Positions 51,465 through 64,000 of a stretch of DNA of 64,000 nt are shown here, in pieces. A model generated the notes under the pieces. It had not been told where the DNA came from and ran no database searches. It saw only the letters and a program-made list of their open reading frames with translations. Made by a program: the position numbers and the translations under genes. The DNA comes from Octopus vulgaris (taxonomy: Eukaryota). The DNA lies in contig OX597820.1 of assembly GCA_951406725.2 (NCBI GenBank), forward strand, positions 77,376,001 to 77,440,000, in the 5' to 3' direction. Every line of letters starts with the position of its first letter. Within the stretch, counting starts at the first letter, position 1.

Positions 51465-54400
51465 TATATATATATATACTTTATGCTAGAGGGAGCAACG
51501 GATTTCTTTTTAGTGTGTGGGTGCATGTGTATGCTTTTGTGTGTATATAGTTCTCTCTGAGTGCAAGACTCCATGAATAGAATCCAGTCACATTTTTCGG
51601 TTTTAAGCAATGAAAATAATGTTCATGATCCGATATAGCCAAAAATGTGGGCCCCAGGAATAAGTAGAATAGCGTATTTTGTTTCGTTCTCATATATAGT
51701 ACCAAAAGTATTAATGAAAATATACATCTAGGAAGTCACCTAGTCTCCTCTACACAATTTGACCCCCTTATGCCAAGGTCAATTGTTCGTCTCATCTCTC
51801 AACGGCTGTTTACATTAGTGTCTATAAAACATTGCAATGTAGGTACAAGATGTGAAAAAAGAACAACAAAAATAACTAGCATCGCAACACTAAAATTCAA
51901 TATATTCTAATCGTTTATTGCAACACGATATTTACCATGAACTTTCTGTTTGTTGATCAGACACTTCAATCCGAAAGCAATAAATAATGTCTACTGGAAT
52001 AATGTTACTAAAACATAAGTCGATTAATAATGTAATACCTTTGCCCATTAAGTTTTATATATTTTCGTTATGTTGTAAAAATTGAATTATATATTTTCCA
52101 TTAACTTGTAAAATATTTCTCTTCACATTATTTTCTCTAACGTACGCCGTTATAGGAAAATTTAAAGAGCGAAATAAAGTATAAAATAAAGGTAGTGAGT
52201 TTTGTTCGTGTTATTGGCTTCAACTTCGTTCATGCCAGAGTAGATTATATAACTGACAAAGTGTAAAATGTGCAACTAGATTCGCAATTCAACAATGGCT
52301 CCTTCTTGCTCAAAGGAACGAATGTTTTTGTTCCCGTTTTATTGTGGCTCGATGTCAGTTATTCTAAACTAAGCTTAGAGAACACTGTTCCCTTTTACCT
52401 ATAGAGGCATCTATTTCACATAAGCTGATCAATAGATCTCTGCTAAGCGTATGCCCAAATGTTTCATCATTTACGATGATATGACCTGAAATACTTTCTA
52501 AGGTTTTTAGAGCCATTTCTGTTTATCAGGCTTAAATTTATAACTGAATAATTGTGTGATGCTAGGGTAGCTTCCTATTTTTCATAAAAGACACCAAACC
52601 AGTTAAAACAAGAAAATCAGTAATCAAAAGCTGTTTCGTTTCGGTTGAGCTCTTCATGAAATATGATCTGTTTGAGCAATTACTTGTGATTCGTAGTAAA
52701 CAAATATTTAGGTTTTATATGATTGCCGGTGAGAGTAATATGCATAACGATACGAAATATTTTGGAATATATTGTAGTTTCAATTTTGTGAGGAGATTGA
52801 TTCTATTTAAAACATAAAATTACATAAGGAGGTAAATAATCGGCTTACGTCATAATAAACAACATGTATTCATTTCTTGTATTCAGTCATTCTTAAAATA
52901 GTTCAACGAATTTATTTCTATGAGCCTCGAAAAGTCAAATGCACTTTGTGTGTATGGCAATATCTTTGAATATGCACGCAAATACCTCTGTTTAATATGA
53001 TACGCATATCTCACGAAAAATATGGTGTCACAGGTGTTCAATACGGGGATGGAATTAAATTTTTAGGGGCTCATATTAACACAAAATTTGACAAAACGCA
53101 TTAAATAATTGTACACATTGAAACGTAATATTTGCTGATGACATAATATCTGCCCGTGCCTTTGAAGGTATTTTAAAATTGTAACGTAAAAATTTGATAA
53201 AGCAAAAATTTGATAGTATTTAACCATTCACATTGATGCAGGTAATCGCATAGTTGCCCCGAACTTTTGGAACGTCTCTAAACGAGACTTTATTTTTATG
53301 AATCACTTCACTTATTATTTCTGACAATGAAAATCAGTGAAAATGAGTGCTAATGCATTTATACAATAACAGGGGAGTATTCATTTTCTTTTCAGCGAGC
53401 GGAAATCAGTGGTGATGGTGTGTGTGTGTTCTGGAGGAGTGTCTATGTGTGTAAAACATATCTGACAAAAAACTTGTTCTTATGAAACATTTCACTGAAT
53501 ATTTCTGATGATGCAAAATTGTGAAAATACATTGTAGAGAAGAGAAAATCAATTATTATTGTTTGATTCTTCGTCCCTCGAGGCAAATTATAGAGAATTA
53601 TTTGATACAGGTTCAGAGTATTGAGATTTATTTATTAATTTTTGTATCTCATTTCGTTTAGCATTTGTTCGGGACAATAATGCGATGGCATTTCATTAGA
53701 ATTGCGTTCTGCCATTTTACACAGGTTCAAGTAATTTCAGAGATTTCTATTTGATATAATTTTATTCAAATTCCATTAGAATTTCAATTATCAGATCAAT
53801 ATTTGAACAAAAAATGCTTCTTTTTTTTTATGATATGGTGATATCTAATGGGAAATCTGGATATGATAAGGTTGACTGCATTATAAAAAATTTAGTTGAA
53901 ATATGTCAACATTCATTCTATAAACTGTTTCAGAAATAGATTATGTGGTCGTTCCACTGACGTTTATATTTTGAGTTTTATATTACTCGTTAAAATGATG
54001 AATTATTTGTTGCTTCTTTGAAGAAAATTCAAAATATTTTAATTGAATACAATACAAATGATTTTAAAATACTTACGACTTTTCTAATTCTTAAAGCGAA
54101 TAACGAATTGCTTCAGTTCTATTGAAATATTAACTGTCAAATTTGAAGATGCAAGATAATTCTTTGTGGGCATATTTTGTATTGGTTATCAAGCAAAAAT
54201 AACCTCATATGTTATAAATAATGAATATATTTCTGAGAGGAATATTATTTAATAATGCGTAAGTTATCTTTTCTTAATTTTTCCTAGAACCTCAGCTGCT
54301 TGAATTGAAGTAATAAACAATAATTAAATATATTACGTCTAGATAATTTGCAAAGTTTCGAGTTTAAAAGCCTCCGGTGCTGATTATTATTGCATATATG

Positions 54401-54810
54401 TGATTTTGTCATATTAAAAAAATACTATACAAAATGAATACATCTCAGTTTAATATACTTCAGAAATCTTTATGCGAATTTGTCGCTGTGGTGGAAAAGA
54501 AAATAACTTAATTGGAAATTCATCTGATACTTTTTCCTTTATATAGAAGAGTCTATATTCAAGAATTTAACAATGTCGAACGACAAACGAAATCTTTCTA
54601 TTCAAAAATCTGATGGTATATGTAGTATGCTACGGGTTATAGAGACCAAATCTTATGAAGGACTGATATCAGTGTGGTATCTACAGAAAATCTAAAAATA
54701 TATACTGGGTATCGAAAAGATGTTAACGTATGTGAAATTTATAAGTCGTTTAGCAGTGTACGATAAATAATCTAACTTCATCTTCATATAGAATAATACC
54801 TACTAAATGT

Positions 54811-55271
54811 CTCTCTCTTTACTCTTTTACTCTTTTACTCTTTTTCTTGCTTCAGTTATTTGACTGCGGCCATGCTGGAGCACCTCCTTTAGTCAAGCCA
54901 ATCGACCCCAGGACTTATTGTTTGTAAGCCCAGGACTTATTTTATCGGTCTCTTTTGCCGAACTGCTAAGTGACGGCGACGTAAACACACCAGCATCGGT
55001 TGTCAAGCAATAGTAGGGGGACACACACAGACACACAAACATACACACACACATATATATATATATATACGACACATACACACATACACACACATACATA
55101 TATATATACATATATACGACAGGCTTCTTTCAGTTTCCGTCTACCAAATCCACTCACAAGGCTGTAGTCGGCCCGAGGCTATAGTAGAAGACACTTGCCA
55201 AACGTGCCTCGCAGTGTGACTGAACCCGGAACCATGTGGTTGGTAAGCAAGCTACTTACCACACAGCCACA
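54811..55271 (-). mobile_element. SINE family B, near full length
   Basis: (CTCTTTTA)n tail, internal microsatellite and head. Confidence 0.9.
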
Positions 55272-55705
55272 CTTTCATCGTCATTTTTTAACCAACGCAG
55301 TAAACTCATTAAAGATATATCTACATGGGGATAATTTTCGTATATGAGCTGAGTTTCAGCAAATAGCTCTTCTGTATGATACAAGTGATATCTCTGTTTT
55401 GGGGGAATTATACTTGATCTTAGTATTTCGCGAGTTTACATTATGCGACATCTAACCTATTAGAGCATTTGTTTTTCTCGGTGGTAATAGATGTGATACA
55501 GTAATGATGTCTGAGTACCCAAATCTACACCATCGGCCATCTTATCTAACAATCCCACTATAAACGTTAATAAACTATTACAAGCGGGAGAATGTTGAGA
55601 CCCGATTGTATATGTGAGTTACATTTTTTCTACAACAATGCTGATTATTCATCAATAAGTGTGTATGTATTCGTGTGTGTGTGCGTGTCGTGTATGTGTA
55701 TGTAA

Positions 55706-55792
<87 letters not shown>

Positions 55793-56319
55793 TGTGTGTA
55801 ATTCAAATTATAAGATTTCTTACTAAATCAAATCAGAACAACATTAACCCTTCGAAAATTGAGTTTGCCCCCAGAGGTCTTTAAATATTGAAGATAAAAT
55901 TATTCACCAGACACCTTCGCTTGGATTCGAATGACCTCATTATTTCTTGAACTATATTATATATAAACCAATTATAACCAGATCTGATGTTACCTGATAT
56001 TATGGACAGAGTTGACTTTGAAAAACAAGTTTGTCTCTTACTAAATAATACTTGAAACTGACAGTAAATATTCTGAGATAATTACACTTGTTTCTTGTCC
56101 GAAGTGACGGATTTCTGAAGTAGCAGCGAGCAGTTTTTTTTATTAAACACTTATATCGATCACAGTGCTTCTACAACTCTTGACTTATATAATACTTAGT
56201 GTTTCACGTAAGCATGGATTTTTGCTCACGGAATTGTAGGAAAAATCTATGCTTACGTGAAACACAAATGAATCTTATCTATGATGGATATATATCTTTT
56301 ATTCTTAAATTGAAGGGTT

Positions 56320-57005
56320 TTTGGTTGAACAAATCGGCCCCAGGACTTATATTTAAGTATAGCACTTTTTGTATTGGTCTCTATTATGAAGCTCTTTAGA
56401 ATTGGCGTTAAACAAATGAACACCGTTTGTGAAGCAGTGTGGGCGATCACAGAAACAAAGACATATAAGGATATACATATACACATGTACACACATGCAC
56501 ACACACATATGTATATAGATATACATATATAAACATATTTATATTTTTTATATATATATATACATATGTACATACATATATACATACATACATATATACA
56601 TATATATATATACGTATGTATGTATGTGTTTGTGTGTCTATGTTTGTCCTCCACCATCGCTTGACATCCGATGATGGCGTGTCTATCTCCCCGTTACATA
56701 GCGGTTTGGCAAAAAAGACTGATAGAATCAGTACTAGGTTTACAAAGAACAAGTCCTGGCGTCAATTTGTTCGACTAAAGATGGTGCTCCCGCATGGCCG
56801 CTGTCAAACGACTGTAAGAAATAAAGGTATAAAAGAATAGAATATATATATATGTAACGAGATATTACGTAGTTTCTGTTTCTCAAATTCTCTCATAAGA
56901 TATTCGTCAACTGGCATTATATCAGAAAACATTTGACCATGGTGCCGCACGTTGGGACTGAACCCGGCACTACAGCATTGTAAAGTGAGCTTCATAACAA
57001 CCCAC
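56320..57005. mobile_element. Old SINE B (-) with an opposite-strand SINE B 3' half (56625-56840) nested in its microsatellite
   Basis: Minus halves at ~56320-56465 and ~56860-57005. Confidence 0.6.
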
Positions 57006-57229
57006 CGGAAAGCACTTGCAAATAGGTTTTTATCTTATGAATACGGGAAATATTTAACTTGTGTGTCAATGTATAGCATATTTCGCCGATATACAAACGC
57101 CAAAATACTGTGTTATATCTAAAAATTCAAAGTATATATTAACGTCCATAGAAACTGTGCAGCAAATCATTACGCAAGCCGTTCAATCCCTTTAAAATTA
57201 TATCAAATCAACGACTGGTTGTAAGACAT

Positions 57230-57980
57230 TCGACATACTATAACACGTACTGAAACAGTGCCCCTTATTCCGTGTAATCAAAATTTACTGGTGTTTCATT
57301 TTATCTGGGATAAAATTAAAGTTTGCTGCCGGATCTCCTGAAGATAATCCATTTAATATCATACTGAAATGTTTTACAAACATAAGTTTTTCAATCCCTG
57401 ATTCGAAAAAGAATTATCCTTTACTTTTATGCTCTGCTATGAAACAAAGAACCTTCATCTTCACGAAATTATTTTCCATCTTGTCCTTCCATTCATTTTT
57501 TGCGTTCTTCAGACAGCTCTCTAATGTATTAACAACAGCAGTATCGTGGAAGGGGATTTATTTCAGATTACTTTCTAGGGGTTTTTCTGTATCTCATCTA
57601 ATGATAACAATCTCAAAGTTACAAGGAAAATATAAACTGACCAAGCATTTGCCCTGAAAAGAAATATGCGTCCATCACTGGCATTTATTTCACCAGATGA
57701 AGTTAAAGATGCCTTTGTGACCATGCAAGAGGTTATGTCATATGTGACTGATTGTATCATAGCCTTCTTCGAATGGACAAGGGTGACGTGAAAAGCTGTG
57801 TTTCAACTTTCTCTCTTAACATGTAGAATTTATAGTTTCTATTCGTTGATTTGAACCAACCACTGCTAAAAGGGTAGCAAAGCTATAATGAAGCCCATAT
57901 TACTTCATTCCATCCAAATTTGTGGACATATTTTTTGAATGTTGACATGTGGGTACAATGCCTGCACAATATCGAGTAAG
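57230..57980 (+). pseudogene. MULE/Mutator-like transposase relic
   Basis: SLAFISPDEVKDAF (cf. ALAF.P.DEV..AF), DQAFALK and FHPNLW; disrupted. Confidence 0.5.
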
Positions 57981-58744
57981 CACGATTAAAGAATTAAAAT
58001 CGCATAAGTCGCAGCAGACGTGCTAAAGTCACCGTTCGGTGGATATTTTGGGATGCACAGTCAGAATGTGCAATTTTTGTGATATGAATTATTGGATAAG
58101 AGATAAAACATGAAATTTTAGATCAATTATTTTAACTATTAATTATTCAGCTATTAATTATTTCAATTATTAATTTCGCATAGATTAAGTATTGTAATTT
58201 TTAATTAATGCAATTGTTTATGGGAAACAATTAGAAATTTAATTGTTATAATTATAGAGGTATAACAAAATAAATGTTATTTTGGCTTAATTTTTTTTTT
58301 TTAGTCGCTATTAGTTGAAACATGAAAATAAAAATCTAAATTATTATATCAAACATCATTTCAAAAGTCACAGCTATGATTCTGAAACAGTTTGCTTTAT
58401 ATAGGGACATTTTCCAGGTGGTGATCATAGAAAGTAATTTGTCCTACGGATGAAATTCTGCGGAGATGAGATTTTCAAAACAATTATTCGAATATCACCA
58501 AAATAAAATTCCTGCAATCCAAGCGACAACAATGAGAATGCTTACTTGGCAGCACTATACTCAGGTATACAATCTACTAAATATAGCTGCAAACCTACCC
58601 CCAAACCAAAGCCTACCATCATAAAAAGGATATATTAGAAATCTTCCACTAATATGACGAAACGTGTATGCATATATGTATGTATGCATGTATATCTATC
58701 TATCTATCTGTGTGTCTGTCTGTCTTTCTGTCTGTCTGTCTATC

Positions 58745-58834
58745 TATCGACCCCAGTGCGCAACTGGTACTTAATTTATCGAGCCCGAAAGGATGAAAGG
58801 CAAAGTCGACCTCGGCGGAATTTGAACACAGAAC

Positions 58835-58835
<1 letters not shown>
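58745..58835 (-). mobile_element. SINE family C core fragment
   Basis: ATCGACCCCAGTGCGCAACTGGTAC...GTCGACCTCGGCGGAATTTGAAC. Confidence 0.8.
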
Positions 58836-58880
<45 letters not shown>

Positions 58881-58942
58881 GTATAGTCACACATACACTT
58901 AGCGATGCATACGTGCATACATATGCGCATATAGATACACCA

Positions 58943-58989
<47 letters not shown>

Positions 58990-59037
58990 ATACGGACAAA
59001 CATACACACACGCATGTATATATATATATATATATAT

Positions 59038-59078
<41 letters not shown>

Positions 59079-59349
59079 GTGCCTGAGTTTACGTGTGTAT
59101 CTACGAAAGAGCTAACAGAAATGTCATTTGTTGAAATCAGATATGTACTATTTTGTTTCATATAATATCTCCTTTTACATATGTTAAATATTACTCAGAC
59201 TATTTCAGTTTTTGTTATTTTAGTAAAGCAGTTTCTATTCATTTGTAACAATACTTTTTCCGTTTTCTTTTGGATAAATGTACAACAAAAAGACACATTC
59301 AAATCTTTTCAATATTTATCTTTTATTTTAGTTATTAATACATTGAATG

Positions 59350-59580
59350 TTTTGTAAAAGTGAGTGCCGTAAGGTCATTAAAAGAACCATAAAATTTGTT
59401 AAAATTCAGTCATACTTTTTTTGGCAACTCCTCAAAATTTCATTTGATCTTCACCTGAAAGTACAGAAAGCTTTGTCTGAAAGTATGAAATTTGCTGCAA
59501 TTATTCTTATAGAAATATGTTTAGACGGAAACATATCCACTAATTGCGTAGCAGCTATTCGAAAACACGATCATTTCGTG
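59350..59580 (-). pseudogene. Possible hAT C-terminal dimerisation-domain relic
   Basis: LVDMFPSKHISIRI...LRS...LTNFMVL resembles the FPN..I.LRI...ERSFS...LRS...RL..L pattern. Confidence 0.4.
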
Positions 59581-60541
59581 TATAATGATTGGGCAGATAA
59601 TAAAAAATATATGTATGGCAAAGTGCAAAGTATTTGAAAAATCAATTTAAGTTGAATGATCGTCACAGATATCTTTCCGATATTCCTTACAAATGCACTT
59701 TTTCTCATTGCATTATACGGAGGTAAAGTTCATTTTTGATTGCTAAGTGTGAACCAGATCAAAAAGAAATGCTTTGAGAGTGTTACTAAATATATTCAAA
59801 AAATGAGGTGGGGAAACTAAAAAAGAGACGAAGAGAAATAACTCGTTGTGTAAGGAAATATTCAGAAATGTATAATAGAGTCCAGATCGCATACTCACCC
59901 TGACCCTGCTCTTCCTATTCGTCCCCATCGTCGTCATCCAGTACCGCGAACTTTGTAATTTTTAGCAAAATCATATAGAAAAGAGTCATTGACGTGCAAA
60001 TCAAAAGGTAAGCTAAACGGAAGAGATATTACAGACGGAAGTCAAGTTAGTAATTGAATAGCAAAAATGTATAATAGAGTCCAGATCGCATGACTCACCA
60101 TGCTGACCCTGCATTTCTTCCTATGTTGGATTCCATTAGGAAAACTAGCATTTCAGAAACAGAAGATAAAAAAAAAACTAATTTTGACCAAACTGACCAG
60201 GTATCCTAGATTTTCTCTTCTTTTTTTTTTCTTTTTTAGAAAATTGTTGCCAGATTTGGTTTACAAATGCAATTATTCGAGTCCAGATGTTTCCAGAAGT
60301 ATAGGTAGTAAGCTTGTAAATGTTCCAAAACTTGAATGCAAAAAATCATACACAATACTCATGGCTATTCATTAGTTAACTGGTATGCATCCAATCAGAT
60401 TACTACTTTGTTTTAATGCAACGACTTTTAACAGGATTATCTATATCACTGTGTTTTAATTTAGCAAAAACATGAATGCAATCATTATACTTTTAGCAGA
60501 CACTAACTTATTTAATCTTTTCTTCTTGAAATGCCATCTCT

Positions 60542-60780
60542 CTCTTTTCTCTTTTACTCTTTTACTTGTTTCAGTCATTTGACTGCGGCCATGCTGGAGC
60601 ACCGCCTTTAGTCGAGCAAATGCAATCATTCGAGTCCAGATGTTTCCAGAAGTATAGGTAGTAAGCTTGTAAATGTTCCAAAACTTGAAGGACAAACACA
60701 GACACACAAACATACACACACACATACATATATATGTACATATATACGACAGGCTTCTTTCAGTTTCCGTCTACCAAATC
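60542..60780 (-). mobile_element. 5'-truncated chimeric SINE B flanked by a 120-bp direct duplication
   Basis: 60422-60541 matches 60781-60900 with 2 mismatches. Internal 60617-60689 copies 60264-60336. Confidence 0.9.
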
Positions 60781-61049
60781 CGACTTTTAACAGGATTATC
60801 TATATCACTGTGTTTTAATTTAGCGAAAACATGAATGCAATCATTATATTTTTAGCAGACACTAACTTATTTAATCTTTTCTTCTTGAAATGCCATCTCT
60901 GAACTTTTTTTTATTTCTGATGAATAAACTTCTCAATTTTGCTAATTTTGAATATTCTAAACACAGATTCGTTTTCTTTCAATATCCAAAATTAGTTGAT
61001 TGAGTAAGACTTTTGCAAACCTAATGTAGGCGTATATTAAACTGTTCAA

Positions 61050-61870
61050 AGATTTTCTATCAAGAAAAAAATACTCTATGAGATAACTGCTATGAATGAC
61101 CTGTGCTATCACTTTCCTTGCAATGAAGTGACTTTTATGACACTAGAAGCAGTATGATAAAAGATATACCTTTTCAAATCTACATTTCAAAAATTATTTT
61201 TAGGAACACTTCCTTATATCCTGTCAACATCAATGCATTCATACGAATCTTTGAAAAATTAAAATATTCCTGCAGTTTGTTTCTGTGTATAATATTGCTT
61301 AATATGTTACTGCCAAAAACATTCTTTGTATAACATAGCAATATCTCGAAATTCTTGAGAAGATACGGAGACGTCATGGTGTGAGACCGAAGCCTTTTCT
61401 GTTAATATCTCTGAAAACATTCCTAAATAAACAGTGCCCTCGTTCAATTCCATACATCAATGCTAATAGATAGTTAAATAAAGTTGATAAAATCGTAAAT
61501 GATCAAAATTAACTGGAATCGGAGAAAGAAGAGTCTTGATCGGAAATTATATTTAAATTTAGAAACATCTACTTTCACATTTTTATATACCAATTCATAT
61601 ACTGTAATAACATGTATTTATTCAATCGTTAACAGGAGATGATGGGGTAATATCTATGGAGCCAGCGTACTAGCATCTACAAGAAAGGATCATTATTTCC
61701 AAATGTTGCAAAGTACTGATTTTCAAGTGAGAGCAGGGTTATTTCTTACTCAACTAGAGGTGTCTAGAAATAGTATTTTCACTTTGCCTGTAACTCAAAA
61801 TCTAAAAGCTCGAAATCCTTCAAGAATCTTCACGACGTATATTTTATATCAGTTACACGCTCGTATGAGT
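61050..61870 (-). pseudogene. Possible second Helitron PIF1-helicase relic
   Basis: ILFLDTSS (cf. FFLDAPGG), DINRKGFG, SQEFRDI (cf. GDFRQI) and KIRMNA in expected order; very decayed. Confidence 0.35.
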
Positions 61871-61944
61871 TCAGTCTTATATCTCAATCAGTCTATATCT
61901 CAATCCATGTTATACTATTTGTATTTGTGTATTCCTTTATTCTT

Positions 61945-62165
61945 GTACTCCTTTCAATCATTTTAATGCAGCCATGCTGTTGCACCGCCTTATAGTGGTT
62001 TCTAGTCGCAGATAATCTACTCCAGAATTAATTCATTCTAAGCCTGGTACTTATTCTGTCTGGTAATTATTTTGCCAAACCACTAACTTTCGGGGACGTA
62101 AACATTCCGACATCGATTGCCAAGCGATTGTGAGATGGGGGAGCACACAGAGACAAATATACACA
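61945..62165 (-). mobile_element. SINE family B 3' half, diverged
   Basis: TGCAGCCATGCTG...CCACTAACTTTCGGGGACGTAAACA...GCCAAGCGAT. Confidence 0.7.
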
Positions 62166-62232
62166 CACAATTACACACACAGGCACGCATACACGCACAC
62201 ACACACATGTACTTTATTTACATTATTATATA

Positions 62233-62316
62233 TAGCGTAATGGTTAAGAGTGCTGGCTACTTAACACAAGATTTCGAGTTCAATTACAGGCAGTGCCTTG
62301 CATAATTAATAATAAC

Positions 62317-62379
<63 letters not shown>

Positions 62380-62502
62380 GAGGAGGAGGAGGATAACATT
62401 AATAACATCAACCCAGAATAACTTAGGAATGAGAACACAAGGCTGGGTTAAAAATTCCACCAGGACACCTGATGAAAGCTGCAGAGTAAATAAGCTGAAA
62501 CG

Positions 62503-62504
<2 letters not shown>
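62233..62504 (+). mobile_element. tRNA-like head, (AAT)n tract and hammerhead-bearing tail
   Basis: A-box-like TAGCGTAATGG and B-box-like GAGTTCAATT; (AAT)n at ~62305-62376; CTGATGA-A-AGCT-12 nt-AGCT-GAAAC-GTC at 62469-62504. Confidence 0.6.
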
Positions 62505-62535
<31 letters not shown>

Positions 62536-63192
62536 GAAAGCAACATATATATTTCCCGATCCATAGCTACGTAAGGCTGGTTTCTTGTTTTCTGTGGCCT
62601 ATGTATCATGTATCCATCCATTGAAAGGACACTGGTCCGTTGCAGGATAGTTCATATAATGCAACATGAAGTGAAGCGTTTCCTCAAAACCACAAGGCAT
62701 TGCACCCCTCCTCCCTACACACACACGCAAAGAGAGAGAGAGATAGACAAACAGACCGAGTAACAGAGAGACATAGATAGATCTTTGAAGGTATAATGTC
62801 GTGTTGCGTCTACCGATGTTCTGGTGTGGCTTTTCTTGGACATATACAACCCGAACAAGCCAAATTACTATGAGCTTTCACCCTCCGTATTTTCTTGATT
62901 ATTCCTAGTTGTGATCTTTGTGTCTCTCCTGTATAAATATGTCCTAAATAACTTGAATACGTTGATGTTTTCCCACGCACATTTCATGGTATTCTTTGCT
63001 AGCATACACATCTCATAACGATAACTACAATTTCTATAGAAAACAAATATGTCTACGGATCTTGGACCTCTGTAATTAATATCGGAGATTAGGCCCAAGT
63101 TTTGTTCTGAGCATTTATTTGATGTACCTATTACATCATGCTTTTGTGCATTTTCTAACCTCTTACTTGCGTGCATATATGCATGCGTATAT

Positions 63193-63468
63193 GAAGGCGC
63201 ATTGTTCAGTGGTTAGAGCGTAGAGACTCATAATCATGATGCAGTGACTTTGATTCTCGGATCGGCCTATATGTTGTGTTCTCAGTGACGTCACTGGAGC
63301 TAATCTGTATCAGTCATTGCGTTTCCCTTAGATAACATCGGTCCCGTGGAGAGGGGAGGCTGGTATGCATGGACGATTGCTGATCTTTTAACAACCTTAC
63401 CTGGAATAATGCCAACGAATGGAAGTTTCTAGGCGCAATCCCATGGTCATTCATGACCGAAAGGCGTC

Positions 63469-63470
<2 letters not shown>
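63193..63470 (+). mobile_element. SINE family D, diverged
   Basis: GAAGGCGCATTGTTCAGTGGTTAGAGCG head; GGAGAGGGGAGGCTGGTATGCATGG...CATGACCGAAAGG tail matches 41413-41751. Confidence 0.8.
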
Positions 63471-63523
<53 letters not shown>

Positions 63524-64000
63524 GGTTGTGTATGATTGTGTATAGAAGAATATATTTCTCAAAGAAATTCTAACTTTGATTTTCACGTTTTATTTACAAT
63601 CTTAAAATAATATGACAGATGTAATTTGTAAAACATAACTGTCACCACTACTACATGAACCTAAAGATTGCACAGTATAATGCATGAAAGTATTAATTCA
63701 ATCAAAATGAACATTTAATATTCTATCATTTCATTATATCATATTATATTATATTATATTATATTATATTATGGTAAGATTGTAAATAAAACATGAAAAT
63801 CTATATATGTGTATGTATGTCTGTGTGTACATATATATATATGCATGTGTGTGTACATGTGAGTGTGCGTGTGTGTGTGTGTGTGCGTGTAAGAAAGAGA
63901 GGGCGTGTGTGTGAGGTGAATTTCTCAAGTGACATATTTTAAATACTGTAGCTGGCCATTATTCTATATTTTTAGCGTAGAATGACGCGTGCCGGATAAA

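Overview
AT-rich, microsatellite-dense eukaryotic non-coding DNA with no confidently identifiable host gene. The repeat content suggests a coleoid cephalopod such as Octopus; this is inference, not verified. Almost all ORF-track entries are artefacts of (TA)n, (CA)n and (TATC)n tracts or SINE read-through. Real content: one young 5'-truncated CR1-clade LINE with an intact RT ORF (~1671-3273); four recurring tRNA-headed SINE families (called A-D here); several Penelope-like element (PLE) relics with GIY-YIG or RT remnants; and decayed DNA transposons (maT/Tc1-mariner, mariner MITE, hAT, MULE, P-like, Helitron) plus an RTE LINE. The most striking hidden signal is a dispersed set of type I hammerhead-ribozyme (HHR) motifs in PLE-type terminal repeats, mostly sitting next to microsatellites. 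These include an apparently intact HHR with a ~55-nt extended helix II (51249-51334), two more with ~90-110 nt helix II regions, a minimal HHR with a U3-A8 core swap, and a four-copy family fixed for A6U. All translations and pairings were done by eye, and boundaries of decayed elements are approximate.
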